Below are positions 39,601 to 52,460 of a stretch of 64,000 nucleotides of DNA, piece by piece. The stretch is from assembly GCF_020745735.1 (NCBI RefSeq), contig NC_083402.1, forward strand, positions 7,812,001 through 7,876,000. The letters are read 5' to 3'. The notes under the pieces were generated by a model, which ran no database searches, was not told the DNA's origin, and saw nothing but the letters and a program-made list of their open reading frames with translations. This DNA comes from Hemiscyllium ocellatum (taxonomy: Eukaryota). Positions within the stretch are counted from its first letter, which is position 1. Every line of letters begins with the position of its first letter. The position numbers were made by a program, and so were the translations under genes.

Positions 39601-39980
39601 TGGGAGGTAGGTCCAAAAAGGTTAGTCTACAGATGCACTATTGTAATCAGAGTCAAGAGTGTGGTGCTGGAAAAGCACAGCAGGTCAGGCAGCATCCGAG
39701 GAGCAGGAGAATCAGGTCCTGCAGTCCTTACTTGCACCATGTCATCAGGGAGGTTAACAGCATTCTATCCTAGAATAAAGGAGGAATTAGATATAAGTGT
39801 ATAAATGTTTTGTTTCAGTTATACAGAGTATTTCAGAGATCACATCTCAAATGTCGCACATAATGAAGGATGTTGGTGCTGGCTCAAAGGAGGTTTCTGA
39901 GATTGAGAAGCAGGTTGTCTCATGAAGAGAGGTAGGATAGGCTGGGTTTGTTTCCCCTGGAATTTAGAATAATGAGGGAC

Positions 39981-40629
39981 TGTGAGACTGTAAACTTCAA
40001 ATTTTAATAACTGTTCAGGGGATGAAAGAATAAACAATGACTCTCTCTGGAATAAACTGGTCCTGAGATGAAAGAGACAAGGAGCAACTGTTATCAAGGA
40101 GTTAAAAGCAACATGATAATTATCCATCCCCAGGAAGGAAGAGTCAACGCATCATCACATTGTCGTTCCTGGAGACAGGAGATAGTTAACATGAAATGTA
40201 TCAAGGAACAAGGAAGCTACTCCTGATAAGAAGGCAAGTTACAGACTTGATCACTCATGGATTTTGTGGGTGAAAGAATCTAAAGAATACTCAATAATGT
40301 CACATCAGAAACTCCACATGAAGTAAAATCCTGTAAGAATTTCATCTTCAGAACTTTTCAGTAGCAGAACTCCATAGAACAATTCACCAAAAGGATTGGA
40401 CCTTGGATATCCTGAGACAGACGCTATTGGCTAGAATCATAGACTAACTTCCACCAAACATCAGGGACTAGCTAAGTTGAATCGTGAGGCTTAACTTGTT
40501 TTTTTAAGGAGTCTTATTTTACTGCTATATGCAATAAACTTTGAGAAGGTGGTTCAATATTTCATTGTCTCGAAGATTTCTTAATATGTATCCAAATTAA
40601 ACGAAGCTTGTGTTAATTTATACACAACA
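39981..40629. mobile_element. Solo LTR inserted in a CR1 3' end
   Basis: TG...CA termini, flanks GGGAC/GGGAT, internal AATAAA; CR1 sequence is continuous across the insertion. Confidence 0.6.
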
Positions 40630-40669
40630 GGGATCACTTGATTGAAATGTATAATATCGTAAATGTTTT

Positions 40670-41550
40670 TGAACTCATAGAGATGTACAACATGGCCATA
40701 GACCCTTCAGTCCAACACTTCCATACCAGCCAGATATCCGAAATTAATCTGGTCCCATCTGCCAGCATTTCATCCATATCTTGCCAAACCCTTCCTGTTC
40801 GTACACCCATCTAGATGCCTTTTAAATGTTGCAATTGTACCAGCCTCCATCACTTCCTCTGGCAGCTCATCACATACAGACAATCCCCTTTGCGGGAAAA
40901 GCTGACACCTTTTAAATCTTTCCCCTCTCACTTTAAAATTATGCCGTCTAGTTTTGAACTCCACTATGCTGGAGCTCTATCCATGCCCTTCATGATTTTA
41001 ACTTCTCTCAGGTCACCCCTCAGCTTTGAACAGTCCAGGGAAAACAGCCCCGGCCTCCTCAGTCTCTTCCGAAACCTCAAACCCTCCAACCCTGACAACA
41101 ACTTTGTAAATCTTTTCTGACCCCTTTCAAGTTTCCCTACCTCCTTCCTATAGCAGAGAGACCAGAACTGAATGCAGCATGATAAAATTGGCCAAATCAG
41201 TGCACTATATAGCCACAGTATGAAATCCCAACTCCTATACTTAATGCACTGCCCAATAATGGCAAGCATACCAAATACCTTCATCACTAACCAGCTCTAC
41301 TTGCAACTCCATCATTCGGGAACTGTGAGTCTGTACTCTACAGTCTCTTTGCTTGGCAACACTCCCCAGAACCTAACCATTAAGTGTGCATGTCCTACTC
41401 TGATTTGCCTTTCCAAAATGTAACACCTCACATTTGTCTCGATTAACTCCATCTGCCATTCCTCGGCCCATCATTCCACTGATCAAGTTCCCATTTTACT
41501 CTGAGATAACCTTCTTCACTGTCCACTCCACCACCAATGTTGGTGTCCTG
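40670..41550 (-). mobile_element. CR1 3' fragment
   Basis: C-terminal ORF2 remnants in ORFs 40964-41287 and 40770-40964. Confidence 0.8.
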
Positions 41551-43038
41551 TTTTCCCGGACAGTTGTGTGATGTTGGAATTCTTTGCCTCAGGAAGCCGT
41601 GGAGGTAGGGTCATGGAATATTTTTAAAGGTAGTGATGGACAGATTCTTGTGAATCCAGGGAATCGAAGTGAAAATGTGGGATACGAAGCACAAACAAAT
41701 CAGCCAAGATCTTCCTGAATGTTGGAGCAGGCTTGAGGGGCTGAATGGTTTACCTCTGCCCCAATTTCTTCTGGTCATGTGTTACATTCTGGTTAGGACC
41801 ACATAGACTGTCCAAAACATTCATGAGAGATGTGATTGGAACAGGGAGGATATTGTATGATAGGAGAGAGTTGAGGTAAGGCAGGAACAAATATTAGAGG
41901 GTGCAGGGAGTGAGAAGATGATGAGAACAGATTCAGTAGTTTTCATATCCTTGCAAGGCACGTGGGTCTCACAGGCAAGGCCAGCGTTTGTTGCCCATCC
42001 CTGAACACCCTTGAAGTGAGAGGCTTGCTTGGCCATTTCAGAGGGCAGCAGGTCAGAGTCAGACACATTGCATTCAATCGCTCCAAAAAGGACACACAGA
42101 GGCTTGAAATGGGAATCTGAAGTCACCTGTCGGGCAGCTTGCGTCAAGACGGTAGATTTGCTTCCCTGCAGGACATTAGTGAAACAGTTTCTATCTTTAA
42201 ACAACAATTGATGTTAATTCAGATGGTCACCATCACAGAGTTGAGTTTACAATTCCAGATTTGATAATTAAATGTAAATTTTACATGTTGCCATGGTGAA
42301 AATTGAACCCCTCTCACCAGAGCATGAACCTGACCCTCAGGTTCCCCACAGCAGCCCAGCTACTGGGAGTCATTTGGAGATGTGTGACACCCAAGTGGAC
42401 TCTTCCTTGACCCATCCCGAAGCAGCAGACAGACTGGCCGTGAACAGCTCGAAGCAGCAAGGACCGGGCTGAGCCAGTTACTCAGCCAGATGATTCAGGG
42501 AATCGGAAATGGTTATTGTCCAAGAATCCATCCAGGGTCAGTGACTGAGGAGAAGATTTCCATCTCCATCGCTCAGATAATAATTTAAAGGTGGATTTCC
42601 ATCTCCATCGCTCAGATAATAATTTAAAGAGCCTGGTCAGCTCCCTTCATGGAAACCCATTGGTTGTGGAATCACTTAGCTCCGCCTACCATTTGCTGCT
42701 TGTGCTGTTTGGTACACAAGTACACCTGTATGGTCACTTCTCCAGACAAACACCTCAGTTTTAGGTGTGGCTGTTGCTGCTTGTGACATACCCTCCTACA
42801 CTCTCCAGTGAACCTGGAGTAATCCCCTGGCTTAATGGTAATGGCTGAGTGAGGGAGATGCCGGACTATGAGGTGACAGATGTGCTGGAGTACAATGTTG
42901 CTGCTGCTGATGGCCCACAGTGTCTCATGGATGTGCAGTCAGGAGTTGCTAGATCTGTTTAAAACCTGTCGCATTTAGCATGGTGATAGAGTCACACAAC
43001 ATGCAGGAGGGACCTTTTGTCAGAAAACACACTCAAAC

Positions 43039-43333
43039 NNNNNNNNNNNNNNNNNNNNNNNNNNNNNNNNNNNNNNNNNNNNNNNNNNNNNNNNNNNNNN
43101 NNNNNNNNNNNNNNNNNNNNNNNNNNNNNNNNNNNNNNNNNNNNNNNNNNNNNNNNNNNNNNNNNNNNNNNNNNNNNNNNNNNNNNNNNNNNNNNNNNNN
43201 NNNNNNNNNNNNNNNNNNNNNNNNNNNNNNNNNNNNNNNNNNNNNNNNNNNNNNNNNNNNNNNNNNNNNNNNNNNNNNNNNNNNNNNNNNNNNNNNNNNN
43301 NNNNNNNNNNNNNNNNNNNNNNNNNNNNNNNNN
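43039..43333. other. Assembly gap (295 N)
   Basis: Run of N. Confidence 1.
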
Positions 43334-43447
43334 CCACATGCAGACACACACGACACACACACACACACAAACTAAGATCTGGTCTTTGGAGAGGGGGAAA
43401 CCACATAAAACAGTTTCAATGGTCCTCTGTTCACAAGACCTGCTGAG

Positions 43448-43496
43448 ATGATCCTTGTGCTGATCAGAATGCTGATCCTTGCTCTTCCTTCTCCAG
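43448..43496 (+). other. Candidate orphan signal-peptide exon
   Basis: gagATG, then MILVLIRMLILALPSP followed by CAG|GTCGGT (phase 1). No downstream plus-strand Ig exon was found. Confidence 0.25.
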
Positions 43497-44015
43497 GTCG
43501 GTGATACCTGGAATAATTTGTTTTGAACGTCTGTAATAAACAGAAACCAGAGCAGCTCAGAACATTACCTGGTTCTCTGGATTAACCATCCAGCCAATTT
43601 ACCATGATGTCCTCACATCCTCTTTTCCCTCATTCTCTTCCTGACCGGGATAAACACACTGGGAGAGACAAACTGTTGACCGACGGTCAAGTGCCATCTA
43701 ATAGGATAGGGGAGAATCTGTTTGCCATTTGATTGGTGCAGAAAACCAACACCCCAATGAAGATGGGCAGGTTGGCAGACCAATGCTAGAGCACTGGGAT
43801 GAGGAGTTGGGGCTTGGAAGTCATGGGATCAAACCCCAATGATCTGACTGCACAGCATTAGAGATACCAGGAACAAGGAACTATATCACACAGCCCCACT
43901 GGTTCTATCCAGTACATGGAGAGTGGGATTCTGGAGCCTGGGAGCAGATAGAGTGTCAGGGAGAAAGGGAGAGGAAATTAGAACTGGTGTTGAAAAGAAA
44001 GACTGATTCACTCAC

Positions 44016-44192
44016 GTCTGAATAAGTAACTCAGAGAGTCTTGCTGCTTGAACTGAAGGAGAATTGTCTGTTATTGAGGAGGATTACTTTTAAACATTCA
44101 GATTCATCACAAAATGGAATAGTATATAAAATATGCTGAAGAACAATTATCATCACTTACCGTTTTCTGCTCCTGCGCCTTCCCTTTCCAGC
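44016..44192 (-). other. Two candidate microexons (44161-44192, 32 nt; 44016-44052, 37 nt)
   Basis: Donors CG|GTAAGT and AC|GTGAGT. The 37-nt exon has a good acceptor (ttctccttcag); the 32-nt acceptor is weak. Another strong acceptor (tttctgtttattacag) lies at 43532-43531. Parent gene unknown. Confidence 0.3.
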
Positions 44193-44196
44193 CTGT

Positions 44197-44530
44197 TCAG
44201 TGTGAGGGTAATTACTGTGAGGGAAACATTCACCCCAACATCCTTCCCTTCAGTGTGAGGGTAATTACTGGGAGGAGAGTATTTACCCCAACATCCTTCC
44301 CTTCAGTGTGAGGGCAATTACTGTGAGGAGAAAGTGAGGTCTGCAGATGCTGGAGATCAGAGCTGAAAATGTGTTGCTGGAAAAGCGCAGCAGGTCAGGC
44401 AGCATCCAAGGAACAGGAAATTCGACGTTTCGGGCATAAACCCTTCATCAGGAATCAGTGAGGGAAACATTTACCCCAACATCCTTCCCTTCAGTGTGAG
44501 GGTAATTACTCTGAGGGGAGCATTTACCCC
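44197..44530. repeat. About 53-bp minisatellite interrupted by a solo pLTR
   Basis: Unit ttcagtgtgagggtaattactgtgagggaaacattcaccccaacatccttccc, about 4 copies. Confidence 0.85.
44420..44455 (-). ncRNA. Minimal type I hammerhead ribozyme in a solo pLTR (44331-44455)
   Basis: AUUC-CUGAUGA-A-GGGU-UUAU-GCCC-GAAA-CG-UC-GAAU; core intact. Confidence 0.75.
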
Positions 44531-44663
44531 AACATCAACCCCTTTCACATGACGGTAATTATAGAAAAGAGGAACATTAAATGCAATGATCTGGGACAAA
44601 ATTAACTGGTACTTAGTGTCACAGAGTCATACAGCACAGAAACAGGCCCTTTAGCCTAACATG

Positions 44664-44745
44664 GAGAAATGAGGACTGCAGATGCTAGAGATCAGAGCTA
44701 AAAAATGTGTTGCTGCGCTTTTCCAGCAACACATTTTTCAGCTTG
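44664..44745. mobile_element. 82-bp fold-back pLTR insertion
   Basis: 20-bp arms 44696-44715 and 44724-44743 (one mismatch). 11-bp TSD agcctaacatg at 44653-44663 and 44746-44756. Confidence 0.8.
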
Positions 44746-44869
44746 AGCCTAACATGTCCATTCCAGCAAGTTTTCCTAAACTGAACCAGTCCCATTTTCC
44801 TGTGTTTGATCCATATCTCTCTCACCCTCTCCGAACCATGTACCGGTCCAAAATGTCTTTTAATTTGGT

Positions 44870-45420
44870 GGCTGTGAGGTGGGTCTTTCATCAGAGTGAA
44901 CCCACTGGTGCGTCAATAGTGAGGGAATCCACTCCAACACTCCAAGCAAGTGAATGGTCTCTCCCCATTATGAACATGTTGGTGTGCAGTGAGGTGAGAT
45001 GATTGCCTGAACTCAGTCCCACAGTGAGACCACCAGAGCAGTCTCTCCCCAGTGTGAACGTGGTGATGGATCATCCGATGGTGAATACATTTATTGCTTT
45101 TCCCACAGTCTGAACTTTTAAAAGCATCTTAATGTAGTGAATGTGCTGGTGTCTCAGCAGCTGGGATGATTGAGTGTATCCCTTGCCACACTCTGTGTGG
45201 GTGAACGGCCGCTCCCCAGTGTGAACTCACTGATGTACAGTCAGCTGGGATGATCGCCTGAACCCAGTTCCACAGTGAGAACACTTGAATGGTCTCCTGA
45301 ATCATCCCCATCAGTGAACACACATTAATGGGACATCAGTTCTCCAGGAGGTTTACAGCATTGCCTACATCCTGAATATTTATAAGGTCTCTTCCCGTGT
45401 GAACTCTCCGGTGTCTCCAG
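44870..45420 (-). pseudogene. Degenerate C2H2 zinc-finger array
   Basis: Minus-strand fragments [48 protein letters not shown] and HCGTEFRQSSHLTAHQHVHNGERPFTC, with stops and frameshifts. Confidence 0.8.
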
Positions 45421-47865
45421 ACAGACATATACAAAATGTTTATTTAATAAAGTCGTAAGTGTTTGATGTGATGTAGATTTAATGAGTGATTTGTGTGAAT
45501 GAGAGGGTTTTTATATGGTGAAGCCGACAACAGATACTTTGAGTTTTATTTTATTTCATCTTAGCGTGGCTCTTGAAGGCCAGTTGTGATGGAGCTGACT
45601 GAGTTGTTCAGGAAGAAGACCATATGACACAGGAACTGAAGTGGGCTATTCATCCCGTCAGGGTCTCGCAAGTACAGTGCTGCTGTGACTGAGGGGTTGG
45701 GAGGATATGAAATGGGAACCATTCGCAAACAGGAAACTCCGAACAGACATGTGACTGTCACTCCTTTTACCAGGATACGAATATCGATGTCCTTTCCCTG
45801 TGGAATCAAATGCTTTCCTTTCTGTCTGAGAGAAAAGATGTCAGATGTTCGTGTGACTGTGTGTGTTCCAAAGTATTCACTAACCAGATTAGACCATCCT
45901 GGAGCATGTGCTCACTCTGTGTCCCCCACCTGCAGAAGGTGCTGGGCTGGGTTTCACCAGCAATTTCTGTTTTTGTTTCTGATTTCCAGCATCCACCGCT
46001 CTTTGTCATTTTTCGATTCCCTGCGGCGAGTGTTTGTATTTCAGACTGGAGGGACGTGTGCTGAAACAAGGCTCTTTTTGAGCTGTGTGTATGACCTGGA
46101 CTCAAGTGGACAGGACAGAATTTCAGTACTTGCAGGGAATATGAAGATCCAAAGTGTAGTGTAATGGACCAGATCAAACCACCTCAAACATATCAAGGAG
46201 ATAGCTTCGATCCTAACTTCTTTCTTGTTTAAATGCAAGTTCAAGGCATTGCACTCGAGATGTGATTCCATTGGTCAAACTATTCACCTTTCAGCAAAAC
46301 TCAATTTATTCTGACATCACAATTTAAATACAAATGAAAAAAAGAATTGGCATTACTTTACCTTTAATAAAATACTTAACAAAATAATATATTATTTAAC
46401 AACTGCTCATCAACTGCTCCAATACAGCAGCATCGCATAAGCACACACTTGGCAAAGGTAACGTCAACAAAGCAGACCTCCTACACTTGCAGAGATGAGA
46501 TTGGAGCAGGTGGGATATTGGTTGCTAGGGAAGGGTCAAAGGGAAATAAGGGTAGAGAGAGTGAAGTGAGGCAGGGCCAGGTGTTAGAGGGTGCAGGGAC
46601 TGAGCAGAGAGTGAGAACAGATTAGGTAGATTTTTAAAATTCGTTCAAGGCATGTGGGTCTCGCTGGCAAGGCCAGTATTTGTTCCCCATCCCTAACTGT
46701 CCTTGAACTGAGAGGCTTGCTTGGCCATTTCAGAGACAAGGACAGAGTCAGACACATTGCATTCAATCTGTCCTAAAAGGTCACACTGAAGTTTGAAGTG
46801 GGATCTGAAGTCACCTGGAGGGCAGATGAGGGAAAGATGGTGGATTTGCTTCCATGAAGGACATTAGTGAAACAGGGTTTTTTTTGAGCAACAAATGATG
46901 ATAATTCAAATGGTCACCATCAGGAAGAACAAGGCTTCAAATCCAGATTTATTAATTAAATTCCACAAGTTGCCGTGGTGAGAATTGAACCCCATTTCCC
47001 CAGAGCATAAACCTGATCTTCAGGGCCCCCTCAACAGCCCAGCTATGGGAGTCATTTGGGAAGTGTGACTGGACTCTTTTCCTTGATCCATACAGACCGG
47101 CCATAAACAGTTCGAAACAGCAAGGAACGGGCCTGACGATTCAGAAAATCAGAAATGGTTATTGTTCAAGAATCCATCTAGAGCCAGTGACCGAGGAAAG
47201 GGGTTTTAATCTTCATTGCTCAGATAATAATCTAAAGAAACCAATCAGATCCCTTTCTGGAATGTTATGAAACAGGGATAGAAGCCAAACCAAACCCACC
47301 TCACTATCACTGGATATTCGGCACAATGAAAAGAAAACATTCAATGATTCTCAAAATTCCTGAATGATTCTGACTGAGACATGACAAAGAACACATCTTG
47401 GACACCAAGTCTACAATTTTAACGAAAATTAACAATTCATTCTGAAGAACAAAACTGAGCACAGATAAACTATAAGGCAATAGCATGTTTTGAGTCAATT
47501 TGTAGTTCAGGTTGAGGTTCTGGATGTAGATTTGTTATCTGAGCAAACCAATATCCAAAACTATAAGGCAATCTAATTAATATCTACCACCTAAGCCCAA
47601 TCTTCATTGATTATAAAAATCCAATCAGACATCTCTCACAAATATGTGCGCGGACATACACACACATACGGAGTTAAGATAAATGAGAAAAATAAAAGAA
47701 TTGTGATTTTCCAGTTTGATGACCATTTTACTGATAAACGTCAGGCCTTCATGAAATCCTTGGATGATGAGTTATCTGACAGGTACATTGGATGTACGTC
47801 TTGCTTGAATTGCAAAGTCACTGGTCAATACAGACCGCTTCTGCAGATAGAGCTATAGAGTCATG

Positions 47866-50800
47866 GAGTCCTACAGCACAGAGACAGGCCCTTTGCCCCA
47901 AAATGGTCCATGCCCACCAAAATGTCTGTCCACACTAACCCCATTTCCCTGCTCTTGGCCCATATCCTTCTAATCCTTTCCTGGACATGTATTTACCCAA
48001 ACGCCTTTTAAAAGTTGATAATGTATCCACCTCAACTATTTCCGCTGGCAGCTCATTCCAAGTTTGCAGATGACACTAAGATTGGTGGAGTAGCAGATAG
48101 TGAAGGGGACAGTCAGAGAATTCAGCAGAATGTAGATAAATTGGAGAGTTGAGCAGAGAAATGGCAGGTGGAGTTTAATCCGGGTAAATGCAAGGTGATG
48201 CATTTTAGAAGATCCCATTCAAAAGCAAACATTATGGTAAATGGACAAGCCCTGCTGAAAATTAATGCACAGAGAGATCTGGGTGTTCAGATCCATTGTC
48301 CCCTGAAGGTTACAATGCAGTTCGATAGAGTGCTCGAGAAGGTATACAGCATGGTTTCCTTTATCAGGCGGGGTATTGAGTACAGGAGTTGGTAGGTCAT
48401 GTTACGGTTGTATAAGATTTTGGTTCGGCCATGTTTGGAATCTTATGTACCCATCTGGTCACCACGTAACCAAAAGGATGTGGATGCTTTGGAGAGGAAG
48501 CAAACGAGGTTCACCAGGATATTGTCTGGTATAATGGGTTGCTAGCTATGAAAAGAGGTTGAGCAGATTAGGATTATTTTCATTAGGAAGACAGAGGTTG
48601 AGGGGCACCTGATTGAGTCTACAAAATCATGATTGGTATAGACAGGATGGATAGCAAGAAGCTTTTTCCCGGAGTGGGGTCTCAGTTATGAGGGGTCATG
48701 AGTTCAAAGTGACAGGGGAAAAGTTTTTTTGTTGGGAATTGATGAGACTCACGGTTGGTGTGTTCCTCCCAGGTGCCAGGGTCCATGATGTCTCGGGTTG
48801 TATCTTTGGGGTCCTGAAGGGAAAGAGTGACCAGCCGCAAGTCGTGGTCTATGTAGGTACCAATAACATAGGTAGAAAGAGGGATAGGGATGTAAGGCAG
48901 GATTTCAGGGAGCTAGGGTGGAAGCTGAGAGCTAGAACAAACAGAATTGTTATCTCTGGTTTGTTACCTGTGCCACATGATAGCGAGGCAAGGAATACGG
49001 AGAGATATCAGGGGAACAGAGATGGTGTAGGAGGGAGGGTTTCAGGTACTTGGATAATTGGGGCTCATTCTGGGGAAGGTGCGACTTGCACAAACAGGAC
49101 GGTCTTCACTTGAACCAGAGGGGTACTAATATCCTGGGTGGAAAATTTGCTGGTGCTAATCGGGTGGGTTTAAAGGGAGGGATGGGAACCTTAAGTATAG
49201 TTCCAGTAGACAGGAGGATGAGAGTGGGGAGGACACGGGCAGGATTTCACGGTCACAGGAGTGTGCTGGCAGACAGCAAGCTGGTTTGAAGTGTGTCTAC
49301 GTCAATGCCAGGAGTATCCGGAATACGGTAGGTGAGCTTGCAGCACGGATGGGTACCTCGGATTTCGGTGTTGTGGCCATTTTGGATAGATGGATAGACC
49401 AGGATGAGGAATGGATGTTGCAGGTTTTCAGAATTCAGATCATTCATTAAGAACAGGCAAGGCAGTAAAAGAGGGGGAGGTGTAACCTTGTTCATCAAGG
49501 AAAGTATAATGGTGGCTGAAAGAACTTTTCACACCATACTACTCCTGAGGTAGTATTGGCTAAGGTTAGAAGCAGGAGAGGAGAGGTCACACTGCTGGGA
49601 GTTTTTTTTATAGGCCTCTGCAGAGTTACAGGGAGGTGGAGGAGAGGATCGGCAAAACAATTCTGGGTAGGAGTGAAAGGAAGAGGGTGATCATTAAGGG
49701 GGACTTTAATTTCCCCAACATTGACTGGAAATGCTATAACTCTAGTACTTCGGTTGGATCAGTTTTTGTCCAATGTGTACAGAAGGGTTTCTTGACACGG
49801 TATGTCGAGGGGCTGACAAGAGGGGAGGCCACACTGGATCTGGTGCTTGGTAATGAACCAGGCCAGGTGTTTGATTTAGTTGCAAGTGAGCACTTTGGAG
49901 AGAGTGACCATAATTCAGTTATGTTTAGTTTAACGATGGAAAGGGATAGGTACATGTCACAAGTCAAGGTTTATCGATGGGGCAAGGGCAATAAGAACAC
50001 GATTAGTCAAGAATTCAGATGCAGAGAATGGGTTATCAAAATGCAGGGGATGGGGACAATGGAAATGTGGAACTGGTTTAATGAACAGATATTGCGTATA
50101 CTTGATCGGTATGTCCCTGTCAGGCAGGGAGGAAGTTGTAAGGTAAGGGAACCGTGGTTTATTACAGAAATCGCATCTCTTGTTAATTGCAAAAAGGAGG
50201 CTTATATGTTGATGAGACAAGATGGTTCAGATGAAGCGATGAAGAGATACAGATTAGCTAGGAAAGATTTAAAGAGAGTTAAGAAGAGCAAAGAGAGGAC
50301 ATGATCAGTTTTTAGCAGGTAGAATAAAGGAAAACCCTAAATCTTTCTAGAGATGTGTGAGGAATAAAAGGATGACTAAGGTAGGAATAGGGCCAGTCAA
50401 AGACAGAAGTGGGAAGTTGAGTGTGGACCCTGTGGAGATCAGAGATGAGCTAAATGAACATTTCTCATCGGTTTTCACTCAGGATAAGGAGAACATTGTA
50501 GAGGAGATGAAAGAGATACAAGATCAATTCTAGAAAGAGTGAAAGTAGACAAGTTCCCCTGGGCTGGACGGGATTTATCCAAGGATTCTCTGGGAAATTA
50601 TGGCGGAGATAGCAGAAGCTTTGGCTTTGATATTTGAGTCATCACTGTCTACAGGTTTAGAACCAGAGGACTGGAGGATTGCAAATGTTGTGCCCTTGAT
50701 CAAGGAGGGCAGGAGGGATGACCAGGTAATTATAGACCAGTGAGTCTGACTTCTGTTGTAGGAAAGGTTTTGGAAAAGATTATAAGAGATAAGATTTATC

Positions 50801-52460
50801 ATCATCTAGCTAGCAATAATTTGATTGCAGATAGTCAACATGGTTTTGTCAAGGGCAGGTCATGTCTCACAAACCTCATTGAGTGTTTTGAGATGGTGAC
50901 CAAGCATGTAGGTGAGAGTAGGGCAGTTGACGTGGTGTACATGGACTTCAGTAAATCCTTTGATAAGGATCCACATGGTAGTCTGTTGGAGAAAATGCAG
51001 AGGCATGGGATTGAGGGTGATTTAGCAGTTTGAATTAGAAACTGGCTTTCTGAAAGGAGGCAATGAGTGATGGTTGATGGAAAATATTTAGCCTGGAGTC
51101 CAGTTACTCGTGGTGTGCCACAAGGATCTGTTTTGGGACCACTGCTGTTTGTCATTTTTATAATTTGGAGATGCCGGTGTTGGACTGGGGGTTACAAAGT
51201 TAAATATCACACAACACCAGGTTATAGTCCAACAGGTTTAATTGGAAGTCATTTTTGTAAATGACTCAGACGCAGGCATAGGTGGACGGGTTAGTAAGTT
51301 TACAGATGACACTGAATTGGTGGAGTGGTGAACAGTGTGGAAGAATGCTACAGGTTGCAGGGGGACTTGGATAAACTGCAGAACTGGGCTGAGAGGTGAC
51401 AAATGGGGTTCACTGTAGCAAAATATGAGGTGGTTCACATTGGGATGAATAACAAGAGGGCAGAGTACTGGGTAAATGGAAAGATTCTTGGTAGAGTGGA
51501 TGTGCAGAGGGATCTTGGAGTCCATGTACATAGATCGCTGAAAGTTGCCACCCAGATTGATTGTGCTGTTAAGAAGGCATTCCGTGTGTTAGGTTTCATT
51601 GGTAGAGGGATTGAGTTCTGGAGCTGCAATGTCATGCTGCAACTAAACAAAATGCTAGTGCGGCTGTACTTGGAATATTGTGTACAGTTCTGGTCGCCCC
51701 ATTACAGGAAGGATGTGGAAGCATTGGAAAAGAAGCAGAGAAAATTTACCAGGATGTTGCCTGGTCTGGAGGGAAGGTCTTATGAGGAAAGGCTGAGAGA
51801 CTTCAGTCTATTCTCATTGGAAAGAAGAAGGCTAAGAGGGGATTTGATCGAGACATACAAGACGATCAGAGGATGAGATAGAGTAGAAAGTGAGCGCCTT
51901 TTTCCTCAGATAATGACATCAGCTTGTACGAGGGGGCATAACTACAAATTGAGGGGTGATATATTTAAGACAGATTTTAGAGGCAGGTTCTTTACTCAGA
52001 GTGATAAGGGTGTGGAATGCCTGACCTGCTAATGTAGTTAACTCAGCCACATTAGGGAGATTTAAACAATCCTTGGATAAGCACATGGATAATGATGTGA
52101 TAGTGTAGGCAGATGGGCTTAGAATATTTTACAGGTCAGCACAACATTGAGGGCCGTAGGGCCTGTTCTGTGCTGTACTGTTCGATGCTCTATGTTCTAA
52201 GATTAAGGGAGATATGTGTGGAAGGTTCTTTACGCAGATTGGTGGTGAGTGCCTGGAACGGGTTGCCAGCGGAGGTGGTAGAGATGGGCATGATACATTT
52301 AAGATGTATAGAGACAGAGACATGAATGGGCAAGAGCAGAGGGGTACAGATCCTTAGAAAATAGGTGACAGGTTTAGACAAAGGATCTGGAGCAGTACAG
52401 GCTTGGAGGGCTGAAGGGCCTGTTCCTGTGCTGTAATTTTCTTTGTTCTTTGTTCTACAT
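47866..52460 (+). mobile_element. Stacked CR1 copies, including one running from ORF1 to the 3' end (about 48740-52200)
   Basis: Esterase (LPGARV..VGTNNIG), endonuclease (KGDFNFPNIDW) and RT ([22 protein letters not shown]). An 83-bp pLTR end is inserted at about 51165-51247. Confidence 0.85.

Noticed and set aside
42980-43451. ORFs spanning the N run
   Set aside because: Artefacts of the assembly gap.
16186-44530. Tandem arrays as CRISPR-like repeat-spacer loci
   Set aside because: Units are contiguous with no unique spacers, the context is eukaryotic, and there are no cas genes.
8459-44745. Short hairpin insertions as DNA-transposon MITEs
   Set aside because: The arms are PLE pLTR sequence, the inverted repeats are asymmetric rather than terminal, and TSDs are long and variable (11-18 bp).
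45561-45809. ORF with a PPNPSV...FLCHM stretch resembling an Ig C1 start
   Set aside because: Lacks the conserved Trp and second Cys; ends in a stop and AATAAA.
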